A stretch of DNA of 64,000 nucleotides from Vitrella brassicaformis CCMP3155 (taxonomy: Eukaryota > Protista > Chromerida): contig CDMY01000279.1 in the NCBI GenBank assembly GCA_001179505.1, positions 74,543-138,542 on the forward strand, read 5' to 3'. Of this stretch, positions 23,614-35,890 are shown piece by piece. Positions within the stretch are counted from its first letter, which is position 1, and each line of letters begins with the position of its first letter. The translations under genes were made by a program, and so were the position numbers. Below the pieces are notes generated by a model that was given only the letters and a program-made list of their open reading frames with translations, made no database searches and had not been told where the DNA came from.

Positions 23614-26600
23614 TCAGCTGTCCGTCATTCGAGCTGACTTGCGCGCCGGTCTGCTGGCCCTCCACTCGTCTATCCTGGCCTTCAGCTCAGGCTGCGGCTC
23701 CAGCTGATCCACCTGCACATGGACGGATGGATGGATGGATGTCCATCTTTCTTTAAAGGCGTCCCTCCGTGTGCTCTCTGTGCTGTGCTGCCTACTGAGA
23801 GCGGCTGTCGGTTGAATGGGTTGAGGGGGGTGGACAGCAAGTGGCGCTCAATGACGTTGCGATTCACCTGCAGGCACACGCACCACACGCACCCATACAA
23901 ACCGGTGGACAGACGAGTGTGTGGCCGTGGCGTCAGAGCGCTTACAACATGTCCCGATGGGAGTTTGACGGGATCGACGAGCAGATCGTTGATAATCTCA
24001 CACTGGAACTCCTCCTGCAAACCACATACAGCCACACACACATGCATATCAGTTGTCTGTTCGTCGTTTCTCTCACCGGAATGTCCTCATCCTCCATCTC
24101 CATCATCGAAACTGTCGCACGCTCCTCCAACTCGGCCACCTGGTGGACAGACACGCACCATCAGGCCACACACATGCCCCACAACCAGTACTTGTCGACG
24201 TACCAGATTATCGAATTTGGTGAGTATATCCCTGTTGATGAGTCCCTCCCGCCTGATAATGCGGGCGGCCTTCTTGAAGGTCTGCACCGAGAAGTAGCGC
24301 TCCTCCTTGGGGATCTCGTCGACGAAGTCCCCTCCCCTGCTGGATGACGCCAGGTAGGCGTACGTCTCGGCCACCTCCTTGAGCAGCTGCACGCACACAC
24401 AACGAATCAGCGCACACACGGACACAGACATACACACAGGTGCGTATCTGAGTGTGGTGGGTCCACATCACCCTTGGTAGGCTGACTGACCTGCCGGGGG
24501 TCGAAGCCGTACTCCTCCTTGGGATTGGCCACCTGCCGGACAGACAGACAGACAGACATGAAGGCACCATCAGCCTGTGTGACCTTGGCAGGCAAGCCGT
24601 GCACACCGACCTTGAGCTCGAGAGCCTTTGGCCCGACGAGGCTGTGCACGTTGCAGTTCAACGCACCCACAATCCTGACAGACACCACACAACACACAGA
24701 CACACACTACATGTTGCCCCATGGAGTTTGTCTGTCTCTGCTTACTGTGGTATGATGGGTTTTGACTGGAGCAGCACGTCGGGCACCTCCTTGGAAATGA
24801 GCCAAAAGAGAGCTATCTCCGACTGGCCGATCGTGATGCACTGACGAGCTATCCTGCATGCAGCCAGGCAACACACACTCTCACACACACATGACCACCC
24901 CACCCCACCGAGCCACCTTTTGAGTGTCGAGAGCTTCTGCCGCTCTGTAGTGGGGCCCTCGGGGTTCTGGCTGCCGCTGCCGGCGCTGGAGGCCTGTGTC
25001 TGCTGCTGCTGCTGCTGCTGCTGCTGTGGCTGTGGTGTCTCGTCCTCCTCTTCTTCGTCGGGCTGTGCGGTCTCGCCCTGCTGCTCCCGATGTCTGACCT
25101 CGACGATCTTGCTCATGCCCTCCTCGAGGAAATACATGGTGTCGTTGAGCAACATGTGGATGAACCGACAGAACACCTGACCAAAGAGAGATGGGGATGG
25201 ATGGATGGATGTCTTGTTCTTCCGTGTGTGGGGGGTGGGGGTGGCTGGGAGGTATACCGCGTTGTCCGTCTGCCCGAAGGAGTGGAGGGCCTGCCGGTAG
25301 GCCTCGATCTGATGATATACACACACACAGATGTGTGGTGCACCTCGTGTATGTGTGTGTTTATTCGTTGACCTTGAGGAGCTTCTCAAAAATCTGTATG
25401 ATGGGGTACCGCACGTTGAACTTGATGTGCTGACCTGCCCACCACCATGACGACAAGGAACACATAACGCATTCACACGGGGTGGGGTGGGGTGAGGTGA
25501 GGTGACCAACCTGTCGACTCCGCATCGATGAAGAGGCCGATCAGCGCGGGGACCAGGTGCCGACGCAGCACCGAAGAGCCCTCGACCTGCACACACACAC
25601 ATACAGATAGTCATGGTGATGGTGGCGATGCCTGGGTGTGCAGAGTGACGCCAACGGACTTTCAGGGTGTGGTTCTTGTTCTGCAGCATGCTCCAGATGA
25701 TGGAAGCAGCGTTGCTGCGCGTGTGGGGATTGCGGAAGTAACCTGATAGACAGACAGAGACAATGGGCGAGACTTCTTCTTTATGTGAATGGGATGCCTC
25801 CCTCTTTCCTCTGACCGACCGGGCGATCCTATGCAGAACAGGCATGCGTTGATGAGCAGCTCCAGGTCCAGGTGGTCCAGGACCACTACCAACTGACCAT
25901 GCCGACACACACACACAGGCACATATACACACCCGATGTCACCAGGGCGGCCACGATTCGACTGAGTGCAGTGCACTTACCCTGGACTTCATGCACTGCC
26001 GAGTAGCCGACCGTCGAGGGGAACAGACACATAAAGACATACAGCAGCAGCGGCAGCAGCAGCAGTGCAGGATGTCTCTCCCCCATGCCCCCCCTTTTTG
26101 TCGGCGTACCTCGTGTATGCAGTCGAAGAGGTCCTCCACCAGCGACACAGGCAGGCAGCAGAATTGACTGCCACACACACACACACACTCGCGGGAGTGT
26201 CGCACCATCTACTGCTCATTAGTTACGGTGAGGGGTCCTGCTTGAGGGGGAACCTCTCAGCCACCGCCCGCCACACCGCCGTTAGGGGGATGCCTAGACG
26301 ATGCGGTGCCCATCCATCAGACCAGTGGATGCACTCATCGACCTCACTTGTCTGATCTGCCGATCGGCCTCTCACCCACCTGTCGTCTGTGTGTCGGTGG
26401 CGAACACGCCCGAGCTGGCGCCATTTGGGAGGTATGCGAAGATGTTGTAGAGGAGCCACGTCAGGAAGCGGGACACAAAACTGCCCAGCATCTTCAGGCT
26501 GACGAGGGGGAAGGCCAAACCAAACCAGCCAGGGCAAACCAAACGTATGGACACTGTGTGTGTGTGTGTGTGTGTGTGTGTATCCGTCACCTACAAGTGT

Positions 26601-29168
26601 GGGTCGAGCAGGTAGCACTCCCAGCAGAGCATCTCGCCTAGAATCAGGTCCAGCTCCGCCGCCTGACACACACAGACAGACAGAGGCAGATAGAGCAGCA
26701 GCAGCAAGAGCAGCAAGAGCAGCACAGAGTCCGTCGTACAGGTAGTGGCTTGTGTCCACGTGTGCGTGTGTGGTTACCGACCACTTGTGGGTTGGTCGGG
26801 GGGTGTCCGCCCGGGTTCATCTTCTGCAGATTGATGAGCACCCTCTCGTAGTCGGTGATGCTCGGCCTGACATACACACACGCACACACACACACACACG
26901 ATCCGCCTCGGGCTCATTCATGTGTTCGTCTGTGTTGTCCTACCTGAGGATGACCCCACAAGCTCGAGCCGTCAGCCAGAACACTGCACAGACAGACAAG
27001 GACCAGCGACCTCATCAAGACACCACACCAAACTGTCTGTCTGCGTGCAGTCATTCATTCATCGCCGACGCACCCACCTTGTGTGATGAATTTGGGCTCT
27101 GTGGCATTTGCAGTGCGCACGAAGTCGCCCACGGCCAGCTTGACGGCCTCGTCGCTGCCGCCCAACTTGGAGTCGCCCGTCAGGGCACCCAAAAGGCGGC
27201 CGGCGTCGTCGCGCAGACAGAAGAAGGGATCCAACTCGGGCAGCTTCGCACCAGGGATGGGCTCAGCTAGCCTCAACAACGCCCAACTGCATGCACGGGG
27301 AAAGCACGTGTGTGGTGGGGAGTCATGTGTGTTAGTAGCAGCTGCTATGGCATACATACAGGGTGTTGAGGGCGAATCCCGATGCGCATCCGCTGAATCT
27401 GAGCATGAGGGCGGCCTGGGAGCTCATGGGGGCGTCCTGACCAAAGTGCCGTGCCATCTTGGCTCTCGACTCGTTGGCCTTGAGCACCGCCGCAAACCAC
27501 TCTGAGCTCAGGAGGCCGAGAGAAACCACATACAGGCCAGGCCTCTGTGGTCGGTGCACTTATCAACGAGGCGCTAAGCTGCCTACCGAGTGTGGCCAGC
27601 CTGGTCTCACTCGACGCCTTAAGCAGCGGCATCACAGCCTGATCGATCAACACACACAGACTCACTTAGTCACGTCATGTTGCCGCACATTCCCGCTCTC
27701 GACTGGTAGGTAGCTTACGTCTCTGGCGCTGTCCTGGAGGTGTGAGAGGTCCTGCCTCAGCTGTTTTGTGCTCTGCTCAATGGCCTGCCGCGACTTCCTG
27801 CCAGTGGCCACGTCGCTGTAGTGCTTCTGACGCACACTCACTGCCGACGATGGCGGGGTGGGCCGCTGCGGGCTCGCAGACATGGGCATGGCCATGGGCA
27901 TCGCAGCGGCCTGCTGGAAATCCAACTCGAAGTCCAACGTGCTGGGGCTGTAGGGTAGGCACATTTGAACACTCAGAAGTGAACGAATGAAGACAGACCG
28001 TTGTCTGAGTGTGTGTATGTGTGTGTGTGTCTGCCGGCTGACCCGAGTATGTGTCCGAGTATGGTCTCTGTAAGCAGCCTCCAGCCGAGGCCCATGGGAG
28101 TCGCGGGCGGCTTGAACACCGAATGGCTCACCAGCAGCTTGCCTGAGGGGAGGGAGGGAGGGAGGGAGGGAGGGACGATGACACATAGAGGGGTGTGTGT
28201 GTGTGTGTGTATCTGTCGGTTGGCGGTGGTTTCCTCACTGATGTGTTTGTCCTTGACGAGCTGCAGCAGGATGCGCAGAGCCACTCCCATCGGCTCACCA
28301 AGCTGCATCGCATCACCACACACAAGTGTGAGGGCACCTTCCCTTCACACACTGCCGGCTGGGCTGTCTGTCTGTCTGACCCTTTTCCCCTTGAGCTCTT
28401 GCGCCATTCGTTGGATGACCGGCCCGAAGATGCGCGGGACGTCATCAGCATTCTGGTCGACCAGCTGGTCCACAAACCTCCCGAAAAACTCCGGAGAGAT
28501 GGCGGGGCCGTGCTCAAACGCCGAAAAGATGAGCTTCGGGTGCTGTCACATACACACACACGCACACGGAGAGAGAGAGAGATATGGGGCGCGCACTTGT
28601 CTGCCTGTCTGCCAGTCTGCCTGCCTGTCTGTCTGTCTGTCTGTCTGCTGACCTCCACGTTGCACTGCTCTGGCGTCGAAGGCGAGTGCTGAAACAGCTG
28701 TGGCACCTGGAAGTAGAGCGCTGCGTAGTTGACGATCATCTCATGTGCGTCGGCCTTGATCTGCTCGCGCCTCTCCTTGGGAATGGTGCGTGCCAGTGCA
28801 TCCTCCTCGGCGGCCCGGCGGTAGGCCTCTGAGAGGTAGAGGAAGAGGGGCGGGGCGCGGAACGGCTTGGACAGCCGCGACATGAGCACCTTCTCCATCA
28901 CTTCCCGGTCGCCCGACAGCTTGGGGATCTTGCTGCCGCCCTCGCTCAACTCATTTGCAACGTCGCCTGCCGCCCAAGTCAGTCAGTCAGGCAAACACAC
29001 ACGCAGCCACAGCAGGAGAGAGAGGGATGATACGTGGTCGTCTTGGTGGTGGTGTTGCTTGTGCTTGTGCGTACCTAGGTGTGTCTTGTGCGCCTCGCCG
29101 GTGGTGGTGAGGGTCACATCGAAGACCTTCGAGCACCACATGTGCTCGTGCTCCTTCTGCTTATCCAT
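23614..29168 (-). CDS. UFD2: Ubiquitin conjugation factor E4 (UFD2/UBE4), U-box E3/E4 ligase, >20 exons
   Basis: U-box [46 protein letters not shown]...PELKARIDEW. Core motifs FCRFIHMLLNDTMYFLEEGM, LVGPKALELKV..PKEEYGFDP and YFRNPHTR. N-terminal LFLYLSEAYRR. Confidence 0.93.
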
Positions 29169-29260
29169 TCTATCTATCGTGCTGCTCTTCAACGGGAACC
29201 TTTCACAATAATCACGTTCCCGGCATCCCCACCCTCTTCTCTTTTCCCCTCTTTTTTGCT

Positions 29261-29270
29261 TGCGAGCTAG
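29261..29270 (+). promoter_or_regulatory. Candidate promoter motif TGCGAGCTAG in the 190-bp divergent spacer UFD2/29357
   Basis: Read directly. A partial inverted copy (TTAGCTCGGG) follows at ~29283. Confidence 0.45.
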
Positions 29271-29356
29271 ACCTCTGCAAGCTTAGCTCGGGAGGAAGCT
29301 GAGAAAGCCTTTCCTCTCCTGCAGTCATTCGGTGCAGCAGTCCTCTCCTTGGAACG

Positions 29357-29953
29357 ATGCGGATCTTAGTTGTTCTCACCACCTTGGTGCTATGGGGTCT
29401 TGGATCTGTGTCAACAGCATTCGTGAAGTCCTCAGCCGTCAGCCACGCCAGCCAGCCATTACGACGACGCGCTGCTGCCTCCATTCCACCCCTCACACAC
29501 ACAAGCATGCATCTCGTTCCCGAGCACCTGGACTCGACAGATCTCGCCCACCTGGGCGCCCATTTCGGCGACACAGCCTTCTCATCCCACCCCCTGTCTG
29601 ATTTCTACACGACGCTGCAAGTGGCTGCTGCCGACGCGGATGCCCCCAAGACGTCGCCCGAGGTGGCCCGCATCTACCGCAACATCTTTGTGTGGAGCAT
29701 CGGGCTGCCCATCGCCTTGGTGATAGCCACGCTGGCCCTCACTAGGGTGGCGGCCGACTCGGTGGGCAAGTGGGGGCCCGCTGCCGTGGCGCAGAGCGAA
29801 GAGGCCAGGAACGAAGCCGCCAGAGCGGAGGCCAGCCTAATCCGCAAGGCCAAGGAGACCGACCAGACCACTCGGATGCCGTTGGGGCTGGGCGTCGGGG
29901 GCGAGAGGGACGTCAAGAGGAGAGAGAGGGCGGGAGATGAGCTCAACTTTTAG
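29357..29953 (+). CDS. Intronless 198-aa protein with a bipartite (signal peptide + Phe-transit) plastid-type presequence and one transmembrane helix
   Basis: MRILVVLTTLVLWGLGSVSTA-F, then a Ser/Ala/Arg-rich transit region. TM segment NIFVWSIGLPIALVIATLALT. Confidence 0.75.
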   Translation: MRILVVLTTLVLWGLGSVSTAFVKSSAVSHASQPLRRRAAASIPPLTHTSMHLVPEHLDSTDLAHLGAHFGDTAFSSHPLSDFYTTLQVAAADADAPKTSPEVARIYRNIFVWSIGLPIALVIATLALTRVAADSVGKWGPAAVAQSEEARNEAARAEASLIRKAKETDQTTRMPLGLGVGGERDVKRRERAGDELNF

Positions 29954-30596
29954 CTAGCTATAGGGCGCGGTGCGGTGTGCAGAGTGCCGCTGATCAAGCA
30001 ATGGTCAAACCTTTGAAAGTTTTTCGTGTGTGGGGTGTGTGTTGTGTGTCTGTGGTTTGTCAGTGAAGCGCATGAGTCATTCATAGATTGGTCGGTTGAG
30101 AGACTGACGTACACACAGACAGACAGACAGACAGACAGGCAGACGTGTAGTGTATGTGTGGGCAGGCAGGTGCATGTTATCATCATTATTCTGTGCCTAT
30201 GTGCCCCCGTATACGATGGATGGATGACAGACACGAACAATGGTCCATCCACCCACCCATCCATGTGAAAGAATGACACCATGCGATGCATCCGATGTGC
30301 CCACCCACCGGCAGCAGTCTCTTTCCCGCCCCTTATCTCACAGCAACAGCACACACACACACCCAGTACTGAGAACGAGAGAGAGAAAAATATGTCTGTC
30401 TGTCTGTCTATCGGCCAGCGGAGAAGAGAGGACAGACAGGCGTCCTGTCTGTCAAGAAGTGTGTCAATCTACATGGGGTCCCGACTGTACTTGCGGCGGC
30501 CATAACTGAAGAGGAATCAGACACAAGGAGAGCGGTGTTCCCAAAGAGGTGGCCAGGGTGAGTGGCTGGGCGGTGAGTGAATGAGTGGGTGGGCGC

Positions 30597-32540
30597 CTAC
30601 AAGGGTCGTTCGGCTTGTTCGTCGCTGTCCTCCCTGCCACTCAGCTCTGTCTCGTGAGGCGTGAAATACGGCGTGTGGCTCACTGCACCTGCACACACAC
30701 ACACATACACATACACACATCTGGACCAGCTGTCTCTCTCTATCGTGCCATAGAGTGTGTGCCTCCGTCTGTGGTCCGTGCGTGTGATGTCCCTCCCTCC
30801 CTCCCTCCCTCCCTCCGACCTTTGTTTGCTTCCCTCTGCTTCGCCGTGACGGGTGTGCCGATGAACACATGCCGCCCTCCACCTGTGGACTGCAGCCACT
30901 CGATCGGGTCTGAGGCCCGACGGCCCCTGTGTTGGGGGCTGGCCGAGATAGACCTCAGTAGGCTGTCGTTGATCCTCAGCAGCTGCTCGGTGAGCGACAG
31001 GGCCTCACCGCTGGCCATCTCCAGCCCCCAACGCTCTATGGACCTTAACGATGCACTGCACACGCACACACACACACACACACGCACACACCACACACGC
31101 AAAGAGAGAATGCAAGCAGAGCAGATCAACACACATGAGATGGGAAAGAGGCGGGCGCGTGACGTACCTGAGTTGTTTTCGCCATAGTTTATCGAGGACA
31201 TGGCAAAGATTGGACGAGTAGGGCGCCGATGCCGCTTGCCGGTGCGCCAGCCATGTCTCCCACTGCCGCATGCAGGCCTGCATCCGCCGCTGCTGCAGCC
31301 GGTGCACAAGACTGACGAGCCTCTCGGCCGGCGGCTGGTGGGGCCATGCTACAGCCCTCGTGTGGCGATGCCACCTCCTCCAAGCGTCCATCTGCGCCCG
31401 CCTTCTCGCCCGATCCACAGCCCGACGGAGGAACACCTGCCGCCTCTCATAGTCATCGACCCTCTCGCGTAGCCGGGCCCAGGCGTGGACGAGCCGGTCG
31501 TTGACGAGCTTGAGCAGCATCGATCTCAGATAGCAGGACCGCACGTGCACATAGCCCTTGGCCGACTCCTGGCTGTGAGTCACCAGCATGTCCACCATAA
31601 TAGCGTCGCTCGACGCTTGGCAGCGGCTCGCCTGCGCCTCACTGGCGCCCACTGCATTCGCCGCCCCGACGGCCGAGGCGCCAAGCCGCATTTGCGAGAA
31701 GGCTGAGCCACACCGCTTCCGCAGCCAGTCTGCGATGCGTGAAGCCGCTGCCTCCCTCTGAGACGCCTGGGCCCTCCGCATGGCTGAGGTGGCCTTCTCC
31801 TCTGCCTGCCTTTGTGCATCCTCCAGCTGGCGAGTCATCTTGGTCCGGGTGGCCTCCATGGCCTCAGCGAGGTCCGCCATGGCCGCCGCACAGCCACGGT
31901 GGGCATTCCACAGCAGCCTCACAAAGGCCCGAACCAGCCGTCGCTTCTGCCGCCAGAAGTGCCACGTCGCCATTCTCTGCAGCCCCGCCTCAACCACTTT
32001 CCGCCTCTCCCTTTGCAGTTCGCTGTCCACGGCCTGCTGCAGCCTCACAAGCGTCGCATCTGCCGACGCGGCGGTCCGAAAGCGCCCCAGCGGCACTGGC
32101 CCGGCAGCTGCAGTTGGGGCCAGGCCCGCGTCGCTGCCCGCGGCCACGGGCGGTCCTTGTGCGGCCTCCTTGCTACGCTGCACGGCCTGCTGCAGTGCCT
32201 CAATCCATCTGTCCATCTCCTCGTGAGTCTCGGACCGCAGTGAGAACTCCCGGCGGCTCTTGGGGGTGGCGGGCGACGTGACGGCGAAGCGAATGACGAA
32301 CTTGGTGGGGTCTTTCCAGGTGGCAGCGGAAGTGACCTCCGTGACGGTGGCGAGTGCGATGGCCTTTTTGACTTCGCTGCATTGGTGCGAGGCGAATGCG
32401 ATGAGGAAGTTGTGTTGGATGGCGTACCACTCCATGGCCCAACGCTTCCGGTAGAGGCCCTTCAGACGCTCCAGCGGCCCCTGAAGCTCACAGCTCTCCA
32501 TTCTCGCAGTCTCAGACAGACGGGGGGCGAGCTCGCGCAT
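30597..32540 (-). CDS. PH-domain protein with coiled-coil and Sfi1-like (W/R-rich helical repeat) C-terminal part, 3 exons
   Basis: QGPLERLKGLYRKRWAMEWYAIQHNFLIAF...KAIALATVTEV...FSLRSETHEEMDRWIEALQQAV is a PH signature. Introns at ~31057-31166 and ~30690-30880. Confidence 0.75.
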
Positions 32541-32792
32541 GCAATGCAGATCACACGACGTATGTCGGCGTCACCATCCAAAGGCATTCACACACGAAAA
32601 ACACACGGCAGGTCTCATGCAGATCTGTACAACAACACCGCCCCATCGTTGGTCACTCAGGGACGGAGAGAGATGCATAGTCACTCAGTCAGACAGACAG
32701 CCAGCCAGCCAGCCAGCCAGCCAAACAGACAGACAGACAGGCAACAGATTAGACAGGTGCGTCTGTGTGTATGCTAATTCCCCCGGCCGGCC

Positions 32793-32866
32793 ACGCTAGT
32801 AGCAACATCAGGACCGACGCTGGCCGCCTGGCCTTTTCACGACGGCCCCTCACACGCCACACGCGC
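32793..32866 (-). promoter_or_regulatory. SECIS element (form 2) in the 3' UTR of the SelK gene
   Basis: Core G-UGA-G (32853-32849) and U-GA-U (32810-32807). Helix II GGGCCGUCGU/GCGUCGGUCC (9 of 10 pairs). Unpaired AAAA (32837-32834) followed by the GGCC/GGCC mini-stem. Helix I GUGGC/GCUAC plus GCGC/GCGU. Confidence 0.82.
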
Positions 32867-33061
32867 TTGCACGGCCCCTCACCCCCATGACATCCCATCA
32901 GCGATGCCGATGGTCCGTCCGTCTGTTCGGGCGTCTTCAAGAGATGCAGCACAGATCCGGCAGACGACAAAACTGCCGGCCGCCACCTAGATGGCGGCCA
33001 GCAGTGTTTGTCCGTCCGTCCGTCGTTGGGTGGATCTGGTTGCATGGTCTTGAGGACGCCC

Positions 33062-33479
33062 TTATCGTCATCCGCCGCCACCTCTGACGTTCATCCTCGG
33101 CCGGAGACCCCTCATGTTGGGCCCTGGTGGCCCGCCATCTCCCGGCCGCCGGCGGCCGTTGCTGTTGACCTGAGGGTGGAAGAGCGTCTTGAAGAACAAC
33201 AACACCTGCAGCCGCGACACGACAGACAACACACACACACACACAGATGTATGTGGCCTGGCGGCTGGGTGCGCGTCGGTTCTTTGGGGACCCACCATGG
33301 CGACGAGCCACCAGAAGAACCGAATGATGGGATTGTTGCTCTCTGCGGGACCCTCCTGCAACCAAACACGCAGCGCACACACGTGTGTCGCTCTACTTCG
33401 CAGCGGAGCGTATTCTCTGTAATCCAATCACCCACACCTGTATTTTGCCGCCGACGATGCGCGGAGGAGCCCGCTCCAT
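33062..33479 (-). CDS. SELENOK: Selenoprotein K (SelK/SelG family), 81 aa, Sec encoded by UGA at 33068-33070
   Basis: Exons 33479-33438, 33355-33296 and 33205-33062 are all phase 0 and give MERAPPRIVGGKIQEGPAESNNPIIRFFWWLVAMVLLFFKTLFHPQVNSNGRRRPGDGGPPGPNMRGLRPRMNVRGGGG-U-R*. The single TM, LFFKTL motif, G/P/R-rich tail and penultimate Sec match SelK. SECIS lies downstream. Confidence 0.88.
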
Positions 33480-33650
33480 CCTTGTCGGCTGCTACAAGGC
33501 CCGGTAGTCGCCCTTAAGACTGGAGTTCTCCTCTGAACGAAACACACAAAAGCCACAGCAGGTCAAATCAATTGAGTTTGGAAACGGGCTCAGCAACAGT
33601 CCACGCTACCTTTGTGTCCTTCCGTTCTTCCTTCTCCTCCCTCCTTCATC

Positions 33651-33660
33651 TGCGAGCTTG
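33651..33660 (+). promoter_or_regulatory. Candidate promoter motif TGCGAGCTTG in the SelK/ATG12 divergent spacer
   Basis: Read directly; 66 nt upstream of the ATG12 start codon. Confidence 0.45.
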
Positions 33661-33725
33661 GAAGCAAAAGCGCGCGGTCAGCAGCAGCAGAAAAAGGGAC
33701 GAAAAAGGAGGATGTCCTTCGTCAG

Positions 33726-34353
33726 ATGTCGATAGAAACTGTCAAGGAGCACTTCAACTCGATAAGGGAAAGCAAAGGTGAGTGAGCAAATGATACAATG
33801 ATACACAGATCTGTGCAGCATAGATCAGGACATGCATCCGTGTGTGTGTCGTTGTGTGTGTGTGCACTGCAGTGGTGGTAGACTTGCGTCCGATAGCCAA
33901 CGCGCCGGTGCTCAAGACGGGCAAGTTCAAGGTCTCGGGGCAGGAGACCTTCGCCGACCTCAAAAGCAGAATCGAGACCATGGTCAAGAGAGATACAGTG
34001 GTGCGCATGAGTGGAGTGCACTCATTCCAGACAAACACGGCTGCCTGCCTGCCTGCCTACCTACCGCTGCCTGCCTGCCTACCTACCGCTGTCTGTGTGC
34101 TGTTCTTCCCTCGGTCAGTATTTGTACGTCAACAACAGCTTTGAGCCCTCGCCTGACGACTACCTCTTTGACCTGTTCGAGGTGACTGACTGAATGACTG
34201 ACCCTCTCACGGCCCCTTGCCAGACTGTACGGCTCGTCTGTGTGTGTAATGTGTGTGTAATTGGATTGGATTGGTCCGATGGTGGGACTGCAGTGCTTCA
34301 AGACCGGCGAGCAGCTCAACATCGGCTACAGCCTCACTCCCGCATTCCACTGA
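33726..34353 (+). CDS. ATG12: Autophagy ubiquitin-like protein ATG12 (4 exons), lacking the C-terminal glycine
   Basis: MSIETVKEHFNSIRESK|VVVDLRPIANAPVLKTGKFKVSGQETFADL...|YLYVNNSFEPSPDDYLFDLFE|CFKTGEQLNIGYSLTPAFH*. Confidence 0.92.
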
Positions 34354-34478
34354 AGCGAACCGAACCTTCCATCGCGCTCACCTCCCTCCCTCCCTCCACC
34401 TTTCTCTGTCTCTCTCTCTCTCTCTCTCTGCCGACGGACGGACGGACTTGTTTCCCTCCCCGGAAGCGCGTCTGTGTC

Positions 34479-35890
34479 ATGACGGACCCTGAAGTGACCA
34501 TCGGTGTGAGGGAAGGGAAACGGGAAACACAAAACACACACACACACACAAGCACACTGGTCACCACTCTTGCGTGCCTGTGGCTGGCTTGAATGGAATG
34601 CACTGCAGAGTTTGTGCGTGAGCTGGCCCAGAGTGCTTCCGACATGATCGGCCAGCAGAACGAGGCGTCCACCAAGCAGACCAACGCCAAGGTCAAGGTG
34701 TCGGCTGCCGACCTCGTGACGGAGACGGACGTGGCGGTGGAGAACCTCCTCAAACAGACCATCCACAGCAGATTCCCCACACACCAATTTCTGTGTGGTC
34801 AGCCAGCGATACGACGGAAGGAACACACAGCAGATAAGATGGTTATGTGTGTGTGTGTGTCTGTGTGTGTGTCTGTGTCTGTGTCTGTGTGTGTTCAGAG
34901 GAGTCGTCGGATGCGTCGGCAGAGCTCACTGACGCGCCGACGTGGATCATCGACCCGGTGGATGGAACGACCAACTTCTACCATGGAGTACCCTACTGCT
35001 GCGTCAGCATCGCATTCGCCAGACACAAAACAGGTGGGTGGATGCGCTGCTGCACAGCCGCCAGCAGCCAGTCACTCCTTCTTTCGTTCAGTGCTGTTTG
35101 GGTGCGTCCAAGCGCCGTTGCTCAAGTGGGTCGACGTTCAAGCGCCATGTCTGGTCCGTATATGTGTGTGCATATGTGTGTATGTCGGTAGAGAGGCCTG
35201 GTGGGCCGAGAAGGGCGGCAAGGCCTGGCACATGGACAACAGCGGCAATGTCAAATGCATCTCGACATCCACCACAACTGATCTCAACAAGTGAGCAGCC
35301 ACCAAGCAGCAGCCAGTTGACCCCCCTCGAGGCTCATGCACGACGACATATATGTCGTGTGTGTTGGGTTGTTTCTCTCTCCGCGTGCCGTGCAGGAGCC
35401 TGCTGTCGACGGGTTTCCTGGTAGCGACGGTGCAGCGCCTCAACAACCCCAACCTGAGTGTCGACGACCGCCAGAGGATCGAGCACAAGAGGGACCTGGT
35501 CATCCGGCAGCTACAGGCATTCCTCCCCCATGTCAGTCAGTCAGTCAGTGAGACACATACATAGTTAGTATACACGAAGGAAGGCCTTGACCGGCATCTG
35601 TGTGTGTCTGGCCTCCCCCCATCCATCAGGTTCACGATGTGCGTCGGTTGGGTGCCTGTGCGCTGGACCTCTGCCACGTGGCCTGCGGGAGGATGGACTG
35701 CTACTTCGAGTGCGGCCCAAAAGAGTGGGACTTGTCCGCTGGTGTGCTCATAGTGTACGAGGCGGGGGGCGTGTGCAGCAACTATGCGGGCGCCCCCCTG
35801 TCGGACAAGCTGGACGACTGTGAGATAGTTGCGTGCGCGACGCCAGAGCTGCATGACAAAGTGATAGCGCTGCTGAAGCAAGTCGAATGA
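34479..35890 (+). CDS. IMPA: Inositol monophosphatase (IMPase/SuhB family)
   Basis: [76 protein letters not shown] short first exon MTDPEVTI at 34479 splices in frame. Confidence 0.95.
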
